The notes below the pieces were generated by a model, which saw only the letters and a program-made list of their open reading frames with translations, did not search any database and was not told the origin of the DNA. From Chloropicon primus (taxonomy: Eukaryota): a DNA stretch of 64,000 bases. The stretch is from positions 1 to 64,000 of the forward strand of contig CP060766.1 of assembly GCA_023205875.1 (NCBI GenBank). The letters are read 5' to 3'. Every line of letters begins with the position of its first letter. The stretch's first letter is position 1. Positions 32,913 through 43,727 of this stretch are shown one piece after another. The translations under genes were made by a program, and so were the position numbers.

Positions 32913-34247
32913 TCAGTGCTGTCCGGCCCAGCTCTCTTCCGGGCAAAACTCCTGCTGCTGGAGGTCCATCGCCCCCTCGTCCTGCTCCCCCCCCTCTGGG
33001 TCGCCGCTAGGAATGGCGTAGGACAGGAGCTCCTGCAAACCATTGTTCTCGCTCAAAAGCCTTTGGTTCTCCCTCTGGAGCTTTGCTTTCTCCTCCAACA
33101 GAATTTGGAGCTGCTTTCCCAACTGCAGCGCGGCCGCGTCTTCCTGGCTCGTCACATCGTCCACCCGACTCTTCAGCACGCTGTTCTCCTTCTTCAGGTT
33201 CTCGCACTCGCTCTTGAACTTGTGAATGTGCTTCTCGAGCTTGGTGTTCCTGTTCTGCAACTTCTTCGCCTCGAGCTTCTGGGCGATCACTTCCTTCTTG
33301 GAGGACTCCAGTTGGCTTTGCTTTTCCATGGCCTTGGTGTGCAGCCTCTGCAGGATCTCCTTGTTCTCCGGGGAGTTCTTGATGGCCGACCCCGCCGTGC
33401 CCAGGCTCAAGGTCATGCCATTGAACCCGTTGAGGATGTCGCCAACTTCCTTGGTCCACAGCTGGCCCAAGTAGTTCTTCTCGGTCGACTCCGTTGTGTG
33501 CCTGTTCAGCTTCTCCAGCGCCGTCAGGGCTGTTGGGCGCGAGGCCTCGGACTCTGGCGACCGACGAGCAGCCGCGCTCTCGCCGCTTGCTAGTGGGGGA
33601 CTGCTCTCCTTGGGCGACAGGAGGCCCACCCGACCAGCGGTTCTGGCGCCGCACGTGGGCGAGGACGTGGAGGGGGTAGGACCTCTGGTCCTGGGGCTCA
33701 AGCGGTTGGGCTTGAGGTCAAACGTCTTGCTCACTTCCTTGATCCCCTCGTCGATGGTCTCCTCGATGGCCAGGGCGAAGCTGTTCGCCGCTTTCGTGAT
33801 GGAGGAGAACGCCTTGAAGCCCTGGCTCTTGAGTGCCGAGATATCCTTCGACACGGACTTGGCCTTCCTCGACGTCGACGTCGATATCACGTTCCCGTTG
33901 TGGTAGATGGCTCCAGCACCGACTTGATTCACTGCGTTCTGCGGGCTCGCGAGGTTGGGCCTCCCGTCCTCCGTGACGAGTTTCGTTACACCCTGAAATG
34001 TCTTTGTCGCGGTGTCTGTCCACGAGTCCCACGCGTCCCACGCGTCGTCTTCGTTCTTGCTGGAGGCGACCTTTCCCCTCCCCCCTTTTCCGTCCTTGTG
34101 TCCAACCTTCTTGACGGTCCCATACCCGTCGCTCTTGTTTGTCTTGTTGTTGTGCACGTTCGTGATATCCTCGAGCCTCTTCGCTCCGAGTTTCTTCCCC
34201 CCGTGAAGTCCATGAACCCTTTTCCGCAACGCAGTCGACTGCGACAT
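32913..34247 (-). CDS. Coiled-coil protein of unknown function
   Basis: The C-terminal QLQILLEEKAKLQRENQRLLSENNGLQELLSY resembles a conserved motif in uncharacterised green-plant coiled-coil proteins. Confidence 0.7.
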   Translation of the reverse strand: MSQSTALRKRVHGLHGGKKLGAKRLEDITNVHNNKTNKSDGYGTVKKVGHKDGKGGRGKVASSKNEDDAWDAWDSWTDTATKTFQGVTKLVTEDGRPNLASPQNAVNQVGAGAIYHNGNVISTSTSRKAKSVSKDISALKSQGFKAFSSITKAANSFALAIEETIDEGIKEVSKTFDLKPNRLSPRTRGPTPSTSSPTCGARTAGRVGLLSPKESSPPLASGESAAARRSPESEASRPTALTALEKLNRHTTESTEKNYLGQLWTKEVGDILNGFNGMTLSLGTAGSAIKNSPENKEILQRLHTKAMEKQSQLESSKKEVIAQKLEAKKLQNRNTKLEKHIHKFKSECENLKKENSVLKSRVDDVTSQEDAAALQLGKQLQILLEEKAKLQRENQRLLSENNGLQELLSYAIPSGDPEGGEQDEGAMDLQQQEFCPEESWAGQH

Positions 34248-34375
34248 CTTCCTTCCTCTAAAACTCCTCCACAACTCCACTCCAAATTAAAACCCAACGC
34301 CTCGGCTCGGCTCGGCTCGGCTTGTGTGTCGCGTCGTGTCGTGTCGCGGACGTGACGCTAGCCTCGTTTGTGTCT

Positions 34376-34414
<39 letters not shown>

Positions 34415-34741
34415 GTGTCGGTGTGTTGGTGTTGGTCGGTCTGGTTCCCCTCCTCCTCCTTCTCCAGCTGTCGGGGGGAATACAAACGGTAACCGGGGGG
34501 AACCGGGGGGAACAAAATCAAAGATAGAGGAGGGAGGGGAGGGGAGGGGAGGCGCCAAGAACAGGGGGGGGGAGGGGAGGAACGAGGATAATGGCGCGGG
34601 GGGATGCATCCAGAGGGAGGCAATAGAATAATGTGAAATGTATTCATACATATTTACACTGCAGTTGGATACGCGACACACGTGTCATCCTTCTTGAAGT
34701 GACTGCTTTAAAACTACGGGGGATGTCCTGGTCTTCCGCTT

Positions 34742-35950
34742 TCACGTCGACCAAAAGAGCGGCACGGGAAGGGATTGATCGCCCAGGTTCTCCTTGTCTC
34801 CCGGATCGCTCTGCAGGGGGCTGTTCTTGCTGCTGCCGAAATCCAACGCCCTCATCTGGTCCTGGATGTGCAAGACGTTCTCCTTGAAAGGGGTCCCGGT
34901 GCTGTAGACGGTCATGTCGATGTTGACGCTCTCCGGAGTGTTCACGACCTCGTCGTCCTCGCTCAAGCCGCTCCGCCTCGAATACGACTGAGCGGTCGCC
35001 ATGCTCTCCATGGTGTCCTCCGTCTCCGTGCAAGAGTAGTTCCCCGGGGACATGTCTTGGCCCACGTTGCAGTACTTGGACCTGCAGGCAGGCGTGCTCT
35101 TGGCGCAGGTCTTGATGTCCTCCGGGTTGTAGCTCTGCCACATACGGGGGACTGTCCCCGGGCTCGGGTGCGACTCGGACCGCTCCGGGGAGCAGTGCTC
35201 GGCGTCGCTTCCCTTCTCGACGCTCTCCGCGTCGTCGTTGTCGTTGTCGTTGTAGACGAACATGACGTCGTCGTTGTTCTCGCTGTTGAGGTCGATGAGA
35301 TCGCTCACAGAGACGCTGGCGCCGGAGCAGAGGGACTTGATGTCCTCCTTGGGGGACGCGCTCACCGTCCCGGGGGTCATCACCCCAGCCAAGGGCATGG
35401 GAGAGACTTGCGAGGGGATGGCAGGGGACTCGGAGCCCTGCTGCAGCTCCAAGTCCACCGACTCCTCCTCTGCCGGGCTCCTTGGTGGGCTCGGGAGGGT
35501 GGGCTCCTTGCTCTCCTTTCTGCTGTTCGTCACCACGCCACGAGCGGCCACGAGACCGGACAAGATCGTGCTGGCTAGCTCGCTGTAGCTCTTCCTCTTG
35601 CTCTCCTCGAGCTTCTTCGCAGCGACGCTCCTGGCAAGCTTGTTGGCCTCGGACAAGAGCAGCAGGAGGTTCCTAAAGATTTCTCCCAAAGCAACTCGCA
35701 CGAGTTTCATCACCTGGTTGGCGTGTGCCCTGGCCCTCCGCGTGAGCGGGTGCTTCCACACCTCCACCCAAGTCGCCAGCTTGAGCAGAGGCGCGAGCTT
35801 CTCCTTGGCGTGCTTGAGATACGCGAACACGACCCTCCTCAAGTTAGTGACGTTCTCGTGCTTCATGATATGCAAGAAGACTCGTAGCCCTTCCCCCATC
35901 TTTTCCCTGGACGCGTCCAGGACGCCTTTCCCTTTCCCTTGCTGAACCAT
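34742..35950 (-). CDS. Hypothetical protein with helical N-terminus and S/D-rich disordered C-terminus; 5' end uncertain
   Basis: Long ORF with coding-like bias. Possible upstream exon, with a GTAAGC donor near 36107 and a CTGAC branch near 36050. Confidence 0.6.
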   Translation of the reverse strand: MVQQGKGKGVLDASREKMGEGLRVFLHIMKHENVTNLRRVVFAYLKHAKEKLAPLLKLATWVEVWKHPLTRRARAHANQVMKLVRVALGEIFRNLLLLLSEANKLARSVAAKKLEESKRKSYSELASTILSGLVAARGVVTNSRKESKEPTLPSPPRSPAEEESVDLELQQGSESPAIPSQVSPMPLAGVMTPGTVSASPKEDIKSLCSGASVSVSDLIDLNSENNDDVMFVYNDNDNDDAESVEKGSDAEHCSPERSESHPSPGTVPRMWQSYNPEDIKTCAKSTPACRSKYCNVGQDMSPGNYSCTETEDTMESMATAQSYSRRSGLSEDDEVVNTPESVNIDMTVYSTGTPFKENVLHIQDQMRALDFGSSKNSPLQSDPGDKENLGDQSLPVPLFWST

Positions 35951-36628
35951 TCCTCCTGCCGAGCCAAAGGCACTGACTTTGCTCTTCCACCAGGCTCCCC
36001 CTCCGTCCAGAAACCCAAACGAGAGCAAACTACTTGTGTTTTCTTCAGTCAGTCAGTGAGTCCAAGTCCACCGAAAGCAACCAAGGCGTTCGCCTTCCAC
36101 CGCTTACGCCCCCCTGACGAACCTTTCGTCCCCGGGTCCTGTGTCCTCCCCCCTGATCCCACACTCCCCTCCCCTCGCCTCGTCCTTGTCCTCGTCCTCC
36201 TGGTAAAAGTCTGCACCTCCCAGCTGTCCTCCCCCTCAACGGAACGCAATTCTTGGAACAAAAACAACCACAAACCACAGCACCAAGAATCGCATGATCG
36301 CCACGAGTGGAGGGGAGGGGACAAGAGACAAGAGACTGGACGAGTCACGCGGACGCTTCGACTGGAAGCCGCACCATCATCATCGTCATCTCTTCAGCTT
36401 TCCATCGGTACCGGCCTTGACCGGGTTTGGCCCCGGAGCTTCAAGTCGGAAGAATATTCATAAACCACGACCGACGACGACGGACGGACGGACTCGACGC
36501 GCAGCACCAGCCAGCACCAGGAAGGGACCAGGGGAACGAGATAGGCTTCGACGGAGTCTTCGATGGTGTGGTACGCCATCTCTTGAGCTTTCCATCGGTA
36601 CCGGCCTTGACTTGACCAACCAGGAAAG

Positions 36629-37483
36629 ATGATCATCGTGAGCCTGAGGAGAAGTATGGTACTGGGAAGGGTAGTGGCCTCCGCGGGGCGGAGAGGGGTG
36701 CAGGAGGGGCCGTGGACGCGCCGATGGAAGCAGGCCGGTGCTACCCAACGACGCAGATCGGCAGCGGGGTCGAGGACCGCGAGGTGGAGGGCTGAAAGCG
36801 CGAGCGAGGGGGCAGAAGGCGCTTCTGCCCAAGGGGTGGACGGGATCGTTGTGCTTGCGGGGGGGCTGACCGCGAGTGGCGGCGTCCCACGATGGGTCCA
36901 GGGCAGGCTCGATGCCGCGTCAGAGCTTCACGCCAAGTATCCAGGCTCGGTGATATTGGTGACAGGAGGAGGGAGCCCTCACAAGAGGCCAGTGCTCTTC
37001 GACAGCGGGCACGTGAATCACGAGTCCACTGTATGCTGCGATTACCTCGTGAAGGAGCGCGGCGTGTGTCCCACGAAGATCATCAAAGAGACCTCGAGCT
37101 ACGACACCATAGGCAACGCGTACTTCTCTCTGGTGATCCATGCTTTGCCCCTTGGCTGGAGGAGCGTGGTCGCCGTCACCAGCGCGTTCCACCTTCCGAG
37201 GGCAGCAGCCTGCTTCGATTGGGTCTACGGGAGCTGCGACAGTTCCCCTGCCTTGAGGTACCACAGCGTCCCGGACGAAGGGATGAGCCCTCGGGCGCTG
37301 GAAGCCAGGATCGGGAGGGAGAAGGAGAGCGCGCAGGCCCTTGTGAGGAACGCGAGGGAGATCTTGACGCTTAAGGAGATTAATCTTTGGCTGCACCAGA
37401 AGCACCGTTGCTACGCGGTGGCGAGGCAGGAAGAATGGAACGAGCCGACCGAGGCCGACAAGTTGGAGCTGGAGACGTACTGA
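36629..37483 (+). CDS. DUF218/YdcF-like protein
   Basis: DGIVVLAGG, RLDAA, ILVTGGG, ETSSYDTIGNAYF, VTSAFHLPRA. Confidence 0.88.
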   Translation: MIIVSLRRSMVLGRVVASAGRRGVQEGPWTRRWKQAGATQRRRSAAGSRTARWRAESASEGAEGASAQGVDGIVVLAGGLTASGGVPRWVQGRLDAASELHAKYPGSVILVTGGGSPHKRPVLFDSGHVNHESTVCCDYLVKERGVCPTKIIKETSSYDTIGNAYFSLVIHALPLGWRSVVAVTSAFHLPRAAACFDWVYGSCDSSPALRYHSVPDEGMSPRALEARIGREKESAQALVRNAREILTLKEINLWLHQKHRCYAVARQEEWNEPTEADKLELETY

Positions 37484-37536
37484 AATGCGAAATAGGAAAG
37501 TCGTAATTGTACACGCAGTCTTCGTCCAGCTTTAAT

Positions 37537-38646
37537 TCAGCTCGAGGTGCCCACAATCCTCGTCATCTCGTGCCACTCGTCCATCAGATCAGGCCTCCAC
37601 AGCCTCACCCGGCCATCACTGCTGGAGGTGGCCAAAGTGGTCCCGAGCTTGTTCCACTCCACTTGGAAGACCTCGGCGCCCCCGTCCCCGTGCTCGCACT
37701 TGGCGACCGTGTTGACATCCAGTCTGTCCAGGTTGTCCTTGAGCTGCGTGACGTAGACGGTCGACCCGCTGGAGTACGCGACCAGCTCGCTCGTCTTGCC
37801 GCAAGCACTGGCCCAGGACACGTCGGAGACTCGCCCGGCTTCGCAGGGAAGCTTCACGATTTTGTTCCACCGCCCCAGGCTGCTCTCAAAGGACCAGATC
37901 GAAGCCTGCCTGCTCGTCCCCACCAGGAGCATCTCGGGCATGTCCTGAGAGAAGGGTCGCCAGCAAAACGCGTTGCAGGACTCCAACCCCCCCTGGGGAC
38001 CCGAGTTCTCTTCGCCCCCCGAAGCCGGAGACGAGAAGCTGCCGACCAGGACGTCCTGCACGAGCTGCCAATCCGTCGCGTTCACCGTGTCCTCGCATCT
38101 GTACAGCTTCAGGTGCCCATCCTCGAACGAGAGGCCCACCCTCAGGCCGTACTGCGGTGGGCTGAACTTCATGTCGAGACAGCGAGTCCGGCTGCACTTG
38201 AAGGAGGCCGCAAGATTCCACTGCGAGCCGCCGCCGCCCCCGAGCTTGGACCCCTCCTCCTCCCCCCCCTCTTCCTGCTGGTGGTGGTGAGCGACCTCGG
38301 CCCACACACAAGCAAAGCCGTCGGAGGAGGCCGAAGCTATGACCTGACCGAACTCCGCGTGGGCCCACGCAACTTTGGTCAGCACCCCGCCGTGGTACGA
38401 CCGCTTCCCGCCCTCGCCCCCCTCGCCCCGCTGGCCGACTCCCTGTCGCCCTGCCTCCGTCGCACTCCACCTCGCCACGAGGTTCCACTCGTCCGAGCTC
38501 CTGTTATCGAACACCCCGATCTCGTGCTCCGTCATGACGCACGCCCTCGTCCCGTACTGGTCGTACGCCACGTCCAGCACCTCCCCTGCCATCGCCGAAC
38601 CGAAGTCCAGCGACGACGTCGTCGTCCTCACCCCCTGGCTCCCCAT
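37537..38646 (-). CDS. SEH1: WD40 nucleoporin SEH1-like
   Basis: DVAYDQYGTR, KVAWAHAEFGQVIASAS, MKFSPPQYGLR, VEWNKLGTTLATSSSDGRVRLW. Confidence 0.85.
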   Translation of the reverse strand: MGSQGVRTTTSSLDFGSAMAGEVLDVAYDQYGTRACVMTEHEIGVFDNRSSDEWNLVARWSATEAGRQGVGQRGEGGEGGKRSYHGGVLTKVAWAHAEFGQVIASASSDGFACVWAEVAHHHQQEEGGEEEGSKLGGGGGSQWNLAASFKCSRTRCLDMKFSPPQYGLRVGLSFEDGHLKLYRCEDTVNATDWQLVQDVLVGSFSSPASGGEENSGPQGGLESCNAFCWRPFSQDMPEMLLVGTSRQASIWSFESSLGRWNKIVKLPCEAGRVSDVSWASACGKTSELVAYSSGSTVYVTQLKDNLDRLDVNTVAKCEHGDGGAEVFQVEWNKLGTTLATSSSDGRVRLWRPDLMDEWHEMTRIVGTSS

Positions 38647-38669
38647 GTGGATAGGATGTCCACACAACG

Positions 38670-38700
<31 letters not shown>

Positions 38701-39065
38701 GCCCGTCCGATCGACCAGCCCTTCGATCCTTTCGTCCAGTCCTCACCAGACCTCCGTTCCTTTCAAACGAGGGCTCTTCGGAAAGAGCAAGACAAGCCGC
38801 GTCCGTCTGTCGCCTCCGCCCCTCCCGCCAAAGCACTCCTCCTCCTCCGTCTCTATCTCCCTCGCACACACCTCCGATCGATCGAGCGAGCGCGCGCTTA
38901 CCTTACTGAAGGGCAAGAGGGCAAAAGGAAGAGCGATCGATCGATCGACGGTGACGGCGACGGCGACGGCGACGGTGACGGTGACGGTGAGGGTGAAGGC
39001 GGTGAGGGTGAGGGGCGGCGGCTTGTGATTCTCTTTGTGTTTTGAGGCAGGAGGCAAGAGGCGAG

Positions 39066-39284
39066 ATGTCCAAGGTGCAACCGCCAGAGTTGAAGAAGTT
39101 CATGGACAAGAAGTTGAGCGTGACGTTGAACGCGAACAGGCAGGTGACGGGTGTTTTGAGGGGCTTCGATCAGTTCATGAACATCGTCCTGGACCAGACC
39201 ACGGACGACAGGGAGAAGACCGAGATAGGGATGGTCGTCATACGGGGGGCTTCCATCGTTCTCATGGAGGCACTCGAGGCCTAG
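39066..39284 (+). CDS. SNRPG: snRNP core protein SmG
   Basis: [33 protein letters not shown]. Confidence 0.96.
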   Translation: MSKVQPPELKKFMDKKLSVTLNANRQVTGVLRGFDQFMNIVLDQTTDDREKTEIGMVVIRGASIVLMEALEA

Positions 39285-39516
39285 GGAGAAGCGCTCGGCT
39301 CGGGCCGGTGCTCCTGCTCGCTCGCGCACAGGCCCACGGGAGAGCAGGTTGGCTGCTGGGATGGGGAAGAGAATGACTTTGTGGGATGTATAAAAACCCG
39401 GCTTTGGTTTCGCTCCGGTGGGTAAGATGATCGTTTTTACATGGTTCACAACTGGTTTTTGTTGTTTTTGTTGTTGTTGCTGCTGCTGCTGCAAGGGAAA
39501 AGGTGGGGGGTGGGGT

Positions 39517-40830
39517 CTACTGCGATACCATCACGGTCTCGGAGGCGACGTATTCCAGCTTGACCTTCCTCTTGGGGTCCTCGCACCACACCCGGATGCT
39601 TTTCTGGATGTACTTGTCCTCCCTCCCCGCGTTGCGGCTGAAGAAGTCCCTGATCTCGTTCAGGTCGTCCATCATGACCTGCTGGTTGTCGCTGGGCTCC
39701 TCGCCGGAGCCCAGGGGACCGCTCACGCAGCCCTTCTCGCACTGGCAGGATCCGCCCAGGAACTTGGGGATGTGCTCCTCGGGGATGACTTCCCTCAGCA
39801 TCTCCAGGCCCTTCTCCCCCTTGGGGACGAGCCTGAGCTTGGACTGCTCCCTCGCCGGGAAGACGACCTTGAGGACCCGCCAGATCGCCCGGAAGACCCA
39901 GCCGGCGTTGACGACGTACGTCATGTGCAGCATCCCCGGGTAGTACTTCTGGTCGATCTTCTGAACCTCCTTGAAGATGTTGAGGGCGTGGAGGTTGGAA
40001 AGCACCCCGACGTTGAGGCCGCGGAGGTCCAAAATGTTGCACATGCTGTCCACCGTGTACCCCTTCTCGGCGCTGGCCCTCGGGAACAGGACTCGGCTCT
40101 GGTACTCCTGAGCCAGGATGTGGATCTTGACCAAGTCGTCCGCGGAGCAGTGCCTGAGGACCTCCCAGTTGAAGTGGCCCGTCTGCTCTAGGTGGATCGG
40201 GTGGCCCTGCTTGTCCCGCCCGTGGTACGAGGACGGCATGCACCTCCTCAGGGCCTTGACCTTCTCCTGCGGGAGCATCCAGCGCAAAATGTGGTCGATC
40301 CCCTTCTCCTCCCTCCACTTCTTCAGGTCCCTGACGTTCTCCCTGGCGGTCTCCACGTCGAACTCGGCCGCCATCAGAAAGCGCAGGAGGGTTCGATCCA
40401 GGTCGCCGTTGACGACCGCGCAGATCGGGAACCCCCCGTCCTCGTCCACCCTCGCCTTCAGCAGCCTCAGCCTCTTCATGATGAAGGTGTTCTTGGACCG
40501 CGCCGAGAGGCACTGGAAGGCGGGGCTCATGCCGGAGTCCTGGCCGCCCGGGCCCGTCCCCTCGTCCCGCCTCTCGATCTCTCGCAGGCGCGCGCTCACG
40601 CTGCCGTCCGGTGCCTTCTCCGCAGCTCCGTCGGGAGCCAGGTTCTCGTCTCCCGCTTCCGCTTGGCGGGGAAAGTGCGGGTGAAGGAGCTCCGACATCA
40701 CGAGCTCGGTCTCTTCCTCGAGCCTCCGCTTCTCCCTGGCCTTCCCGCTCAGTCTGCTCCCCACGCCGCGCACCAGCCGGTACGACAGGAACGCGAGGAC
40801 AGCCACCTGGAGCTTCTTCCCGAAAACCAT
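39517..40830 (-). CDS. SEC14/CRAL-TRIO lipid-binding protein
   Basis: TLLRFLMA, WREEKGID, YHGRDKQGHP, ILDLRGL, YYPG...VVNA, IPKFLGGSC. Confidence 0.92.
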   Translation of the reverse strand: MVFGKKLQVAVLAFLSYRLVRGVGSRLSGKAREKRRLEEETELVMSELLHPHFPRQAEAGDENLAPDGAAEKAPDGSVSARLREIERRDEGTGPGGQDSGMSPAFQCLSARSKNTFIMKRLRLLKARVDEDGGFPICAVVNGDLDRTLLRFLMAAEFDVETARENVRDLKKWREEKGIDHILRWMLPQEKVKALRRCMPSSYHGRDKQGHPIHLEQTGHFNWEVLRHCSADDLVKIHILAQEYQSRVLFPRASAEKGYTVDSMCNILDLRGLNVGVLSNLHALNIFKEVQKIDQKYYPGMLHMTYVVNAGWVFRAIWRVLKVVFPAREQSKLRLVPKGEKGLEMLREVIPEEHIPKFLGGSCQCEKGCVSGPLGSGEEPSDNQQVMMDDLNEIRDFFSRNAGREDKYIQKSIRVWCEDPKRKVKLEYVASETVMVSQ

Positions 40831-41648
40831 CACGCTCGGTTCACACAGGAAGAAGAAGAAGAAGAAGAAGAAGAAGCGGCCGGGTTCCGTGTTTCTCTCG
40901 GGTTGCGTTGCGCGCCGTGCCTCCCTGAAGCAAAAGCAAATCCAAAAAACGAAGCAGCGGAGCGGCGCGTCGGTCCTCCCTCAGCCGTTCCTCTGTCTCA
41001 CTCTCCGCCGCGAGGAGGAGAAGCAAGCACCAAGCAAGCACCGAGGCAAGTGGATGTGGATCCGAGCAAAGAGAAAGAGAAAGGGAAAGGGAAAGAGTCG
41101 TCGGTCACTTTCTTTGCTGCCTCGGCCTGCCTCCTCTCCTCTGCTGCTGCCCCCCCCCTCGTTCGAGTTCGAGCGGCCGATGCGTTACAACTTCTCCCGC
41201 CAAAAAGCAAAAAATTAATGGCGGGAAAATCGATGAGGAAACCATCGGGAAGGAGGGGAACGATGATGGGCCTCGGGAGGAGGGTGGTGCCATACCAACG
41301 GGGGGACCGGCGAGGTAAGGGACCGGACCGGCGCGCAGGTGGTTCGTCACATCGCATCGCATCGCACCATCCCGTGTGTGTGTGTGTCTTTGTGCCGTGG
41401 CACTCTGAAGCTGGAGAGAGAGAGAGGGAGGGAGGGAGGGAAGAGGGCATGCATATATATCTATATCTCTGACAGCCAGCAAACGAACACCTCATCGCTC
41501 TTGCTTCTCTCGCACCCGCGCGGGCTTGGCCTAGGGAAAAGGGAGAGAAGAGAAAGTTCATGGAACACCAGGTGGCGCTCCTCGTCCTCGTCTCGTCTTT
41601 TTCTGTTGTATGTCTCAGGGGGCTCGGTCGACGCGCTTGTGTTCATCC

Positions 41649-43589
41649 ATGGGCAGAGGCCACACGGCCTCAGTAGGCGACGAGCAGCAGCAGCAGCAGA
41701 GGCAGCGGGAGCAGGACCCCGAGTTGGGGGCAGCCGCCGCCGTCGTTGGGGGGAATGACAATGACCCGACTCGTCTCCCCGACGACGACTCGCCGCGGGC
41801 GGCCCCGGGCCACGCCAAGGCGAAGGAGAGCGTGGACCTTGACGAGGTTCTGAACTGCCTTCCGTACACCTTCAGTTACGGGGACATCACCAAGCTGGAC
41901 TCGCCGTCCCTGGTCCCCGGCGGCGAGTGCGGCGGCGAGGACGACGGCAAGGGCAGCAGGATGCTGGGCTTCGTGGACGAGATGCAGGGGTTCAGCCCCC
42001 GCCAAGGCAAGGCGGCGAAGAAGGAGGGGGATTGCTCGGACTTCCCGGTCTGGATGCAGCAGGAGATGCTCGCTGCGAGCGGCATGCACCAGTACAGGCA
42101 GCCCCAGTACTACGGCTCCATGCACTTCGTGTCCGAGGAGGATTTGCGAGGAGGATCCTCCAACATTGGCCTCTCCCACTTCGTGCGCAACCCGTCCCAG
42201 TGCTCCGCGGACCAAGTCAACCCGCAGCAGAGCTTACAGACCCAGTCCAGCGGGGGGGGCAGCTACCTCGACAGGTCCGTGAGCTTCAGCAGCGAGGGAA
42301 GGGGGTCCAACGACGTGACCCAGATTCACCTCGGCCGAGTGATCTCCCAGAGCTACGGCGGGGCGACCCTCTACCCCCAGGGCGGCATGCACTACGGCGG
42401 CGGGAGCTCCAAGGTGCAAGACTTGGGCGCGTACCCGGGGGAGAACCCGCTGAGCGCCTTTGAGAGGGCCATCGCCGGGCACAGGTCCAAGGGAGCCAAG
42501 AAGCCCGCGACTTCTCAGAGGAAAAGCCCCACGAAGAGCACCTCGAGGTTCCGGGGCGTGACGCACCACTGCCGGACCGGGCGTTACGAGGCCCACATCT
42601 GGCAGGGGGGGAAGCAAGTGTACCTCGGGGGCTTTGGCGAGGAGACCCAAGCTGCGCTGGCCTACGACATCGCTGCGATGAAGTACAGGGGCGCGGAGAT
42701 CGAGACCAACTACGAGAAGTCCGAGCACTCCAAGCTCCTGGACGGCGAGTCGAACGTTCTCATGTGCATCGACAAGATACCGATCGAGGACCTTGTCCTG
42801 GCGCTGAGGAGGAAGAGCAGGGGCTTCCACAGGGGCACCTCGAAGTACCGCGGGGTGACCAGGCACCAGAAAGGCAAGTGGGAGGCTCGGATCGGCCAGC
42901 TGGTTGGGAAGAAGTACAAGTACCTTGGACTTTACGCCACCGAGGACGCCGCGGCGGAGGCTTACGACAAGATGGCCATCAAGCAGAGGGGTCTGGACGC
43001 GATCACGAACTTCGAGGTCACCAAGTACCTGGACTTGCTGTCCGAGGAGGACAGGAAACTGGTGGACCTCCACGGAGGGATTCCGCCCGGAAGGGGAATC
43101 CAGAACCCCAAGTCCCGTTACCGCTACGCGAGCTTGAAGTCCGATACCGCGGCAAATGCCCAGAACAAGAACCCCGCGATCCACTGCTTGCTCAAGGCCT
43201 TTGACAGGGTCGGCGAGATGAAGCTCAGCAGGGAGGCTCTGTCCGAGACGTTGTCCAGGCAGAAGATCTTGGCCGACAAGAAGCGAACCTCCAACTCCAA
43301 GGCGGCCGACAAGGCGCAGGGTGCGAAGAAGGTCAAATTCGTGCACGTGTCGGACAACCTTGGAATGCCGAAGCTGCCCCAGCCCCAAGTTCCGGACGGT
43401 GGCGCGGACTGCAAGCTCGATTGCCTTGGCGGGAGGTTCCCTGGCGAACAAGTCGTCCCAGGGTCGGCCAAGAAACTCGTCGCGGAGGAGAAAGGAAACA
43501 AGGATGGAGAGGAAGAAAAGAAGAAAGAGAACGCAAATCTCTCAACACGAGCGCACTTGTCACAAACATTCACAATGACTCAATTATGA
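41649..43589 (+). CDS. Double-AP2-domain transcription factor (AP2 subfamily)
   Basis: Repeat 1 [20 protein letters not shown]...QVYLGG, the linker LRRKSRGF, and repeat 2 [19 protein letters not shown]. Probable 5' intron at 41315-41618. Confidence 0.93.
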   Translation: MGRGHTASVGDEQQQQQRQREQDPELGAAAAVVGGNDNDPTRLPDDDSPRAAPGHAKAKESVDLDEVLNCLPYTFSYGDITKLDSPSLVPGGECGGEDDGKGSRMLGFVDEMQGFSPRQGKAAKKEGDCSDFPVWMQQEMLAASGMHQYRQPQYYGSMHFVSEEDLRGGSSNIGLSHFVRNPSQCSADQVNPQQSLQTQSSGGGSYLDRSVSFSSEGRGSNDVTQIHLGRVISQSYGGATLYPQGGMHYGGGSSKVQDLGAYPGENPLSAFERAIAGHRSKGAKKPATSQRKSPTKSTSRFRGVTHHCRTGRYEAHIWQGGKQVYLGGFGEETQAALAYDIAAMKYRGAEIETNYEKSEHSKLLDGESNVLMCIDKIPIEDLVLALRRKSRGFHRGTSKYRGVTRHQKGKWEARIGQLVGKKYKYLGLYATEDAAAEAYDKMAIKQRGLDAITNFEVTKYLDLLSEEDRKLVDLHGGIPPGRGIQNPKSRYRYASLKSDTAANAQNKNPAIHCLLKAFDRVGEMKLSREALSETLSRQKILADKKRTSNSKAADKAQGAKKVKFVHVSDNLGMPKLPQPQVPDGGADCKLDCLGGRFPGEQVVPGSAKKLVAEEKGNKDGEEEKKKENANLSTRAHLSQTFTMTQL

Positions 43590-43727
43590 AGACAAACGAC
43601 ATTATTTATTTCAGCTAATTATTTATTCTTTAAGCGCTCCCCCCACGAGGAGCGCGTCCCAACCCATAAAATACATAACACCGCAACTAATCTAAATCAA
43701 TCCGCGGTCGATAGACCGTTTTTTCCT

